This document shows, in pieces, positions 53,783-64,000 of a stretch of 64,000 nt of DNA. The notes under the pieces were generated by a model, which was not told the origin of the DNA, searched no databases, and saw only the letters and a program-made list of their open reading frames with translations. The position numbers were made by a program, and so were the translations under genes. The first letter of the stretch is position 1. Each line of letters begins with the position of its first letter. Origin of the DNA: Octopus sinensis (taxonomy: Eukaryota); NCBI RefSeq assembly GCF_006345805.1, contig NC_042997.1:115940001-116004000 (forward strand). Direction: 5' to 3'.

Positions 53783-54779
53783 TAGGTATGAATGGATGTA
53801 TATACATGATGAAAGCGAGTGTGTGTGTGTGTGTGCGTGTATGCATAAATGTATGTATATTTCATATGCAAAAGAGGCTTTTCTTTAACAAACTCGAACA
53901 GCACTCTATCAACACCATTACAAATTTCAGCCTCAGCAGAAAATATCAGAAATGATTCTTTGCCGAGAAATTATGGAATGTGTTGTTATCAACAAGAAGT
54001 GAAAGAAATAAAGAATTTATTCTTAATTCTACTTTATTTTAATTTTATTATTATTTGTTGTTAATTTTTCTTTCATCATTTTTCTTGTCACATTTTCTGG
54101 CTTTTAAATCACCCTCATCGTCATCTGTATATCATTTTAATGTCCGCTTTTCAATGCTTGCATCGTGTTCAAACAGAATTCATTGATGCAGATTTTCTGC
54201 GATCAGATGTCCTTCCCGTCGTCAACCCTCACACGTTTCCAAACAAGGCATAATGTTCCACATAACCAGACATGCTTTTACAGGACATTGATATTGAATT
54301 ACAACATGTGTCATTACGTTTGTTTACAACCACCATGGTGTCAGGGCAAAGAAGCGTGCACATGCATGCACACACAATATATATATAAACACACATATAA
54401 TATATGTATATATATATATACACCCACACACACCTGACAGGGTTCTTTCATTTTGTTTGTCACAGCTATCCATAACACTTTTGTCAGCCGTAGCTATAGT
54501 TAAGAAGGCCTGGCCCAAGTTGCTACGCAGTGGAACTAAACCTGAAGCATTGTGGTTGGGAAGCTTACTATACAGTTAAGATATAAAATATACTTACATA
54601 AACATTTTAATAAATGAAATATTTATAAAATGTATATAATATCCATATAATATAATATAATATAATATAATATAATGTATATATATATATATTTAATACT
54701 CTGCTCTATTTATTTATGCTCATTTACAGCTGTGTTCACATCTCAATATGGTTGGCTCTCTTAAGAATTGTGGGTGGGT

Positions 54780-55330
54780 GATTTGTATATAATGCTGTCG
54801 AATTTGGTAAAGATCACTGCTCTTGTATTTGCAAAATTTGCAGATTCTTAAGGATTGTGCATATGGGGGTTCTTTTCAGCTATATTTAAGTTGCATATTT
54901 TGATCTCGTAAATGACCGTCATTGCATGAGGATCTTTCTTTTGATGTCAAAATCTGTTACATGTTCTTTCAAATTCCTGATGTGTTCAGACAATGTTGTA
55001 TCCCTCATTTCTGCATATCTGAAGGAAGAAGCATAATTAAAGTAATGTTTAAATTTGATCATATATACGAGGTATGTATTTACCTAATCTTTGTGAATTT
55101 TTTTCAGTTTTACATTCTTTACATATTGGTTTACATTTAAGGTTTTTTAATGTTGTGATTGCAGCTACAACTTAATTCTAAGGTGCTTCTGTTAAATAGT
55201 TTCCGACTGCTGCGGTTAATCGCCTTCAACATGTGTTCATATATAGAGGACTGATCATACAACTGGAGTTATTTTTTGTGGGATCTATGTGAAGTTGACC
55301 ACATTTAAGCTAGTTTACACATTTTGAAGT
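54780..55330 (-). mobile_element. Degraded Penelope-like GIY-YIG endonuclease region
   Basis: Remnant FKHYFNYASSFRYAEMRDTTLSEHIRNLKEHVTDFDIKRKIL...CNLNIAEK resembles the SSF..T.LSKHIW.LK..IKWKIL..C.LC..EK pattern of Penelope endonuclease C-termini; contains stops. Confidence 0.5.
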
Positions 55331-56014
55331 TTTGCTAAATATTATTAGTTCATCTTTGACTATTATTATTATTATTATTATGAAGGCGGCGAGCTGGCAG
55401 AAACGTTGGCACGCCGGGCGAAATGCTTAGCGATATTTCGTCTGCCGCTACGTTCTGAGTTCAAATTCTACCGGGGTCGACTTTGCCTTTCATCCTTTTG
55501 GGGTCGATGAAATAAGTACCAGTTACGCACTGAGGTCGTTGTAATCGACTAACCCCCTCCCCCATAAAATTTTTCGAGGCCTTGTGCTTAGAGTAGAAAT
55601 AATAATAATAATTATTATTATTATCGTCATCATCATCGTCATCATTTAACGCCCATCTCTCGAGCTGGCAAGTGTTCAATGGTTTGACCGGAGCTGGCAA
55701 ACCAGAGGACTACGCCAAGCTCCACTACCTTCTTTGGCAAGGTTTTTTTTTTTTAATGGCTGGATGCCCTTCTTAGCACCGGCCACTTTAGAGAGTGGAT
55801 TAGGTTCTTTTAAAATTTTTGTAGCGACAGTCAATTAGCAAATATTTATCTATTAAAACTTGAAAGTTTTAGCAATATTTGATTTACGGGACGCAAGCTA
55901 CAGAATGTTACAGTGCATTGGACAGCAACGTGTTGGTGATAAAATAAACCTTGGATCAACTAGCTTCTCATATTATAATGGAGAGGAGTGCCATACCAAA
56001 AATTTCTTTATTCA

Positions 56015-56400
56015 TGACTCTGTGGTAAGAAGTTTGCTTCTCAACCACATAGTTCCTGGTTCAGTCCCACTGCGTGGCACCTTAGGCAAATGTCTTCTAC
56101 TATGGCCTCCGACCGACTAAAGCCTTGTGAATGGTTGACGGAGACTGAAAGAATTCCGTCATATATATATATGTATATATATGTATGTGTCTGTGTCTGT
56201 GTTCGTCTTCCATCACCGCTTAACAACCGCTGTTGGTATATCTACGGCCTCATAACTTATTGGTTCGACAAAAAGAATCCGATAGAATAAGTATCTGGCT
56301 TTAAAAAATTACTACCGGGGTCAATTCGGTCGTCTAAAATTCTTCAAGGCGGTGGTCCATTATGGCCTCAGTCAAATGATTGACACAAGTAAAGAATAAA
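56015..56400 (+). mobile_element. SINE-A copy (diverged)
   Basis: Head TGTGGTAAGAAGTTTGCTTCTCAACCACATAGTTCCTGGTTCAGTCCC through tail ACAAGTAAAGAATAAA. Confidence 0.85.
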
Positions 56401-57050
56401 TACAAGTTTAACAGACGGTAGATTATTTAACTAATGTTATTAATCAAGTTTTTGAAAGTATGAGCAGAATGCAGAAGTCTGTATTAATGTATGTGGGCAT
56501 TTCTATGACTTTTCTATAAGATTGTATTTGTTAAATTTAGTAGAAAACTACCCAGCCAAAAGAATCTATAACCACTGTAATCTGGACAGTGTCATCTGAT
56601 ATTTTTTTAGAAATCAAATAGAATCTTTATTGAAAAGCAGAGTGGTTCCAGGTTCCATAATGATATACTCTTACTCTTATACTCTTATACTTGTTTCAGT
56701 CATTTGACTGCGGCCATGCTGGAGCACCGCCTTTAGTCGAGCAAATCGACCCCGGGACTTATTCTTTGTAAGCCCAGTACTTATTCTATCGGTCTCTTTT
56801 GCCGAACCGCTAAGTAACGGGGACATAAGCACACCAGCATCGGTTGTCAAGCAATGCTAGGGGGACAAACACAAACACACACACACACATACATATATAT
56901 ACATATATACGACAGGCTTCTTTCAGTTTCCGTCTACCAAATCCACTCACAAGGCATTGGTCGGCCCGGGGCTATAGCAGAAGACACTTGCCCAAGATGC
57001 CACGCAGTAGGACTGAACCCGGAACCATGTGGTTGGTTAGCAAGCTACTT

Positions 57051-59107
57051 TATTTCATCTAATTTGCCACAAGGGCAGCACAAAGAGTAGTTACGGGCTG
57101 GACAAGGACATTAATGGATGATGGTGGTGATTGATGAATATGGTGATGGGAGAAGTCAGAAAGCGCCCGCCGACTTTTGCTTCTCTAAAACAATGTTCTT
57201 TTTTTCCAATATTTTACAAAATTTCAAAAATTACAAAAATTTCAAAAAATTCCAAAAAATTTTCACAAAAATTTCAATTAACAATTTACACTTTTAAAAG
57301 TCTCTTCAGAGGCAATAAACCTCTGTCACAATGTAACACAATTACAATTTTACGTTACCTGACCGATGAACTCTCTTGCTTTAATGACGCAATCGTCCAT
57401 CGTCAGGCTTCCGCATACAGGTATGACTTGCAAGAGATCCTCCGGGAAAGAATTCTCGATCCTGCACATATCATTTTCGAGTAGGACCTCCGCAGCCAGC
57501 TGCGAAGGCCACACGGGATACTCCATGCAGGACCGAAGTCCCTCCCATTCGTTTCTCTTCCTCCTCTTACGTATTTCATTTTCTATAGTGCCTCCTTTAT
57601 GGAAGAGGACTACATAGAATTTCTCCGGCATCACAATCGCCGGAGGACACATGGGAGACGCCCTCTGGGTGTTACAGTCCGCTGGTGGCGTCCCGTTCCT
57701 CTTTTTCTTTTTCTTTTTACGCTGGGCCTCGGGAGGTTGAGGATCCGGTGCTATACGCACCGGGTCCTCTTTTTCTTCCACAGCCTCCGGTTCCTTTTGT
57801 GGGTCGCCATTGCTCCCCACTCTTCTTTTTCTTTTGGAGGAGGATTTTTCCCCCTCCTCACTTTGTTTCTCTCCCTCCATTGGTGGGGCAGGGAGAGGCT
57901 CTGATATTAACTTCTCCAGGATCCTACTCTGGTTCCTGGGGCAGTTTTTCTTAATGTGGCCGGTCTCCGAACACAGGTGACACTTGGGGCGCGTCCCTCA
58001 AGCATCACCGGATACTTGGACCCGGCCATCTTCAGGAAGTCCGGCAAAACCAGACTCTTGGCCGACTGGGTCCACAGAGTCAAAGTAGCCTTTCCTCCTT
58101 CCCAGTTAGCCGCAGGCTGCATTCTCACGTTTAGGATCTTGGCGCTACCACCACTCAGACCCCGGCGGATGGAATCTTCCACCCACTCGGGCTCAAAGCC
58201 GGGCGGCAGGCCGCAGACCCATAAACGTATAAATTTTTCCCCCTTATAGCTTGGGAGAAACAGAATCTCTTCGCCCTCAATGGGCTTACTCGCGAAATCG
58301 CAAGCTGCTTTAGGAGAGTCAAACAGCAACCAAATCGTTGCGTATTTGGCTCCCCGTTGAATATGTTTAACGGCTGGCATATAGTCTGCCAGCTCGTTCA
58401 TAATTGTGTCTTTCGGAAAGACCATTATGGTGTCGAGAGACTTCGAATATGTCCTCAGCACCACTGTCTTTTCCTCAAGTTCGTTCAAATATTTTTTGGG
58501 AGGTGTTAATTCCCACACTGTGTAATTCCTTGCCATAACGTAAGAAAAACGTAAGAAAAACAGTTCAAAATGTTACAAAATGAATTAGACACAGAAAGGA
58601 GAATGAAAAAAGCAACAGAAGGGAAGAAATAAAATTAAAATGGCAGTTCAAAGAAAGTTTTTTACAAATGAATGATAGGCAGAGAAAGAGAGTTCAAATT
58701 CAGACAAGGAATTAATTTTTCTTTTTTTTTGTTCACTTTTTCGGCCAACAATTGTATTCCAAGCCAAGTATATGGTTGGTACAACACCTTGGTAAATAAT
58801 CCTTGGTAAATCCGTAGATAACACAACGACAATTTCAAAGATAATTTTTGTAGATTGACTACGCCGCCTCAAAAACACAATTTTCTTCACACCCGACAAC
58901 AGGCAGAAAAATTATATCCGGAGCAAAGTGGAGCCTTATTATCTGCTAAAAAATATTTAATGCTAAAATACATTAATGCAAGTAATAAAACTTCACTTCG
59001 CTCGCAAAAATACAAAATTCCTACCTTTAGTCGAGTCGAAAGTTCAAAAATTCACGTTGAAACAACGTCAATCGGAGCAGCAAAATAACACGTCCGAACA
59101 GTTCAGA
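57051..59107 (-). mobile_element. ORF1-only (non-autonomous) Tx1/L1-like non-LTR retroelement inserted in a SINE head
   Basis: Flanked by direct repeats GGTTAGCAAGCTACTT (57035-57050) and GGTTAGCAAAGCTACTT (59108-59124) that interrupt an otherwise continuous SINE-A. About 570 bp 5' UTR, one ORF, about 300 bp 3' region; no RT or endonuclease ORF. Confidence 0.85.
57350..58536 (-). pseudogene. ORF1p (RRM-like region + CCHC zinc knuckle + acidic/basic low-complexity linker), about 395 aa with one frameshift
   Basis: Track ORFs 57907-58536 and 57350-57880 join through a -1 shift near 57992, restoring EGR(R)PK-CHLCSETGHIKKNC (CX2CX4HX4C) and reading open to the stop at 57350. IRLWVCGLPP and LPDFLKMAGSKYPVMLEGR match the layout of Tx1/L1-type ORF1 proteins. 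Confidence 0.8.
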
Positions 59108-59627
59108 GGTTAGCAAAGCTACTTACCACACAGCCACTCCTGTGTCATATATTTATAAAACTTTCCAAATTACGCCGAGGTCGAATTTACTTTCCGGGGT
59201 TGATAAAATAAGTACCAGTTGTGCACTGGGGTCGATATAATCAACTTACCCCTCGCCTGGATTTGCTAGATTTGTGCCAAAATTTGGAACCAATATTTTT
59301 TAACCGCGTAATGCCTTTTATTGTAATGCCTTTATGTACTGTTGTTATTCTATTGCTTGTGGTATGTTGAATTCTTAGTAATACTGTTATTCGATGGCAG
59401 ATTTTCTAACCAATTGATAGATCTGTCTTGGGAGGATCATTACGCCAATGATAAAAATACACGCACTGATTCGATTTCGCTTCTTCATTGTTAGTCAATC
59501 GGTTAAATATATAACCGACTAACTCATCGATCATTTGTTAGTTTAATGAGCTGGTTAAAAAAATCAATCGGTTGTTTGGCAATATAGTTTTCATTACGAA
59601 TTGCGACTTTTTCAGTGACCTGTCATC

Positions 59628-59662
<35 letters not shown>

Positions 59663-59897
59663 TCAAGGTCGTTTGCAAAATAAATAGAAAAATGATCGAT
59701 CTGTATTGCGGGATTAATGCCTCTGCATTTAGGATTATAGGTATTGCTCTCCTTATGGTCCTTAAGGGGACTATACAGTTCGCTTTTAATTAAATGTGCT
59801 AATCTATTGTCTAATTTAATCTGTACGTGTTGCCTTCATAATAGTGCGATATAATCTGATGTAGTTAAGTGTTACCGTTACAGTAAGTTGTCTAGTA

Positions 59898-59964
<67 letters not shown>

Positions 59965-60145
59965 TATGTGTATTAATGTATAGAAATGCACATACACATG
60001 CGCGCACACGCATATTACATATATATATATAAATTTATAATATACACATATATATATGTCTTTATACGTATGTATATGTATGTGTGTGTATGTATGCATA
60101 TGCATATGTGCATACATACACACATACACACACACACACACACAC

Positions 60146-60212
<67 letters not shown>

Positions 60213-60217
60213 GTGTA

Positions 60218-60258
<41 letters not shown>

Positions 60259-60332
60259 GTGTATCTATATATATATATGTATATGTATATATATATTTCT
60301 GTGTATATATATATGTATATATCTGTACTGTA

Positions 60333-60405
<73 letters not shown>

Positions 60406-60939
60406 ATGTATATGTATGTACGTGCCTGAATTGTTGAAAGTAATACTCATGCCAAACATCTCTTCAGTTGTGTATAAAGAAGGAACTTTCCAGAAATTAG
60501 CCATTGCTGCCATTTAGATAAACATCTTGAACAAACTTTAGCGAGTCCGATAGAGAATGTAATGCTTTAAGACAGACGTAATTATCTTGAAACGATCGCA
60601 CCAACATTAATAATAATGATGATGATGATGATGATGGTGATGGTGGTGGTGGTGGCGGCGGCGGCGGCGACGACGACGACGGCAACGACGACGACAACAA
60701 CAACAACAACAATAAATTCTTTCTACCATTGGCAGGAGCCCTGAAATTTGTCGGGAAGTTGGCTAATCGATTACATCGATACTAGTACCTTTCTTTCGCA
60801 TATATCTATTTGATTTTGTAAATGAACAATCTGGTATGTTTAATTAAATGCCTACCAACGTATAGAGTGAGATTCTTTGCCCTAGATGTCGAGAAGACAT
60901 TCGGCAAGAAATGGAAAACAGAAGGAGGAAGAAAAAATA

Positions 60940-61447
60940 TGACTCTCATGGCTTTTGATCTTAACTGATTGGAAGTGTTTTCATGTACATTGTTTTGTCT
61001 TGCTATAAAAGATGGGCTACAGCAAATATTCTGCTCAATACCACAGATTTGCTTGTCAGTTGTTTGACCATAATTAGTTGAGCATGTCCCTTAGTGGCTG
61101 ACAATAAGTGCATCTCTGATCACGATCAGATAGTGGCGGAGCATCATAGCCATGTGTCGAGAGTTTGAATAATTCACCTCTGGAAACATGAGTGTTTCGT
61201 TCATCACCCTTAAACAAATATTATTTGGGGATCTTTTGGGCTACTCAATCTGAAAAAGCTGTAACTGGGTCCCACCTGCAAGATCATGCGCTGTTTATCT
61301 TGATATGAGATTACCATGTCGCGCACACATGGTTGTGACGCATGTGCCTAGTGTACACTTATCAGACGAGTCGTCATGAGGGGTATATTTGGCTTCATAT
61401 TATTGTACCCAAATGTCACTTTGATGGCATGCGCTGCTCTATCGCTC

Positions 61448-61470
<23 letters not shown>
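60940..61470 (+). mobile_element. Repeat E: about 500-bp retroposon 3' region ending in (AAT)n
   Basis: Three colinear copies (about 44060-44700, 49120-49610, 60940-61470), each ending ...GCGCTGCTCT(A/C)TCGCTCAAT(AAT)n or a close variant. Confidence 0.75.
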
Positions 61471-61486
<16 letters not shown>

Positions 61487-61775
61487 TTTCTTATGGCTTC
61501 TTAAACATTCTCTAGAACAACACTTTGTACAAAGCCAAATATAGAGCACCCTAGGCATAACACCAACATGAACTTCTAATTTCAAATTTTGGCACAAGGC
61601 CAGCAAGTTCAAGGGAGGTGGATAGTCGATTACGTCGTCCCCATTACTCAAATTTGTACTTATTTTATCGAACCCGAAAGGATGAAAATTCAAAATCGAC
61701 CATGCAGGAATTCGTGTTCGGAACATAAAGCAATTTTCCCGGTGTGCTAACGACTCCGCCAACACGCTGCGACAC

Positions 61776-61806
<31 letters not shown>

Positions 61807-64000
61807 AATAGTGGTTTCAAATTTTGCCACAAGGGCAGCAATTTTGGGGGAAGGATGAGTCAATTACATTGATCCTCAGTATTGCACTGGTACTTAAGTT
61901 ATCGACCCCGAAAGGATGAAATGATAAATTCGATATCGGCGAAGTTTGAACTCAGAACGGGCGAAATACTACTAAGCGTTTCGCCTGGCATGCTAACGAT
62001 TCCGCCAGCTCGCCGCCTTCGTATAATAATGATGATAATAATAATTTCTACTCTAAGCACAAGGCCTTGAAATTTTGGGGGGAAGGGGGCTGGTCTATTA
62101 TAGTGACCCCGGTGCGTAACTGGTACTTATTTACCCGACTCTGAAAGGATGAAAGGCAAAGTTGAAGTCTGCGGAATTTGAACTCAGAATGTAGCGGCAG
62201 ACGATATATCTATTTCTTTACTACCTACAAGGGGCTAAGCACAGAGAGGACAAACAAGTACAGACAAACCGATTAAGTCGATTATATCGACACCAGTGCG
62301 TAACTGGTACTTATTTAATCGACCCCGAAAGGATGAAAGGCAAAGTCGACCTGGGCGGAATTTGAACTCAGAACGTAACGGCAGACGAAACACCGTTAAG
62401 CATTTCGCCCGGCGTGCCATTTAATAATAATAATTATTATATTTAGGTCTGCCGTTAAAAACTGTTGTTCGGCCGCTGATTCGACTAATTTCATCCTCCT
62501 TCTGTCATACGTACGTGCATAAATACATGAAGACATACATGCACGCACGGTGGGTTCTCCTATCGCACACGACATGTGAGGCTTCCTTAACATAGTATGT
62601 TCATTTCGATCTTGTGCCAAGACAAGTTTACAGCAACTGAAGATCGTACTGAGCTCTCAGCACGCTCAGTTACAAAGAGGGTTTCTACATGAGCTCACTC
62701 TCGCCACCAAGTCGACATTGCATATACGGGTGCACTGTGTGCCAGACGGCAGATGCCAAAGTGATTGCAAACCAAATTGAGAATATTAACCTTCATACAT
62801 ACAACGTGAATGGGAAATAAAATAAAGTAAAATAAAATGCTGGTAATCCGTCGGTTACGACGACGAGCGTTTCAGTTAACCCAATCAACGGAACAGCCTG
62901 CTCGTGAACCTGACATTCAAATGGCTGAGTACTCCACAGACACGTGTACCCTTTGCATAGTTTTCAAGGAGATTCAGTGTGACACAGAATATGACAAGGC
63001 TGGCTCTTTGAATTTCAGGTACGACTCATTTTTGCCAGGTGAGTGCAATGGTGCAATGTGAAATAAAGTGTCTCGCTCTAGGACACAACGCACCTTCGCG
63101 CGTAAACGCATACGTACGTTTGTATGTGTGTGTGTGTGTGAAAGAGACTTTTTAGGGCGAAACACAAGCTAAAACTAAAGGAATATAAAGAACATTAGTT
63201 TACGACACTACCTCTTTCTATAGAATGCCACAAGGAAACTAAGACAGTAACCACGGAAGCATTATCAACAGCAAAATACGAGGCAAAAAAATCCAACACA
63301 TTGCTGTATCGCATGTGGAAAATAAGCAGATATTAACAGTGAAACAGTTGTAAATACGATAGTAGCGATTTGTATCAGTAACAATATCATTGACGAATGG
63401 CAACCGTGAATATTTGACGGAATTAATAGTAAATTTATTGGGTTATTTCTGAAAACTTAATCTAAATAACCTGAAAGTGTAGCCTGTGTTGAGTCTGTAG
63501 GAAAAGATAATTGCTCATCTGCGACTCATTGAAAAGTGAAGGAAATTGAAATACGATGATTACTTAATGCACTTTATGCACAATTTTAGAGACTTAATAC
63601 ACAACACTCTCACTCTTCACCTTACCCTTTTTTCTCTTTCCTTTTTCTCTCGCTCTTCGCTTTTCCCTTCAACTTATCGCGTGGAAGTGTTACAGATGGG
63701 CTAAGTAATAGAGGAAAAGAACTTAAAAGAAAAACCATTACACATTTCACTCACCGCCATTTCTCTCTCGCACCCTTCCTCTCATTCCATCTCTTCGCCT
63801 CCATTCCCCCCCTTCCTCCTCTCCTCCTCCTCCTCCTCCTCAGCTGATCACTCGGAAGCGTTACTGACGGCCTAAGTAACAGGGTGACAAAACACAATTA
63901 TAAGATGCTGTTTATTATATAACACGGCAACAACATGCTACAATCATTACTTCGTAGAAAGATGAGACCGCGAAACTTTCCAAACGCATACGAACATAGG

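Noticed and set aside
57980-58000. Programmed -1 ribosomal frameshift in ORF1
   Set aside because: No X XXY YYZ slippery heptamer at the shift; a 1-bp deletion in CGC CGC, or a sequencing error, is simpler.
58648-58899. 83-aa upstream ORF in the retroelement 5' UTR
   Set aside because: Low-complexity, AT-rich, no motifs; would need conservation across copies to be credible.
1-63200. The many ORFs rich in YI/VC/HT/LSIY/poly-T/poly-I in the six-frame track
   Set aside because: They are translations of (TA)n, (CA)n, (ATCT)n, (ACT)n and (GAT)n microsatellites, which lack stops in some frames; no protein features.

Overview
Eukaryotic, AT-rich, microsatellite- and transposon-dense DNA. The tRNA-derived SINEs, mariner/R4/RTE/CR1 remnants, huge introns and TTAGGG-type repeats suggest an octopus or other coleoid cephalopod (inference). 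The only host gene is a + strand Tbx1-subfamily T-box gene with five coding exons reconstructed by hand (12710-12983, 45978-46136, 48390-48457, 50045-50142, 52210-52526), all GT-AG and phase-consistent, including a 33-kb intron. Its N-terminal exon(s) were not found and probably lie upstream of the window. Almost all other ORFs in the supplied track are translations of simple repeats. Most interesting signal: a 2.06-kb non-LTR retroelement (57051-59107, minus) that encodes only a Tx1/L1-type ORF1 protein, with no reverse transcriptase, is inserted with a 16-bp target-site duplication into the tRNA-like head of a SINE. A 61-bp 3' fragment of a related element (48860-48920) sits at the same nucleotide of another copy of that SINE, pointing to a SINE-targeting, sequence-specific retrotransposon system. 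A second SINE family shares that element's 3' end. The window also holds several long foldback elements (one with a telomere-repeat core) and a 21-bp in-frame repeat that creates the Tbx1 stop codon. Family labels SINE-A to D and repeat E are my own working names. Repeat coordinates are approximate unless junctions are quoted.
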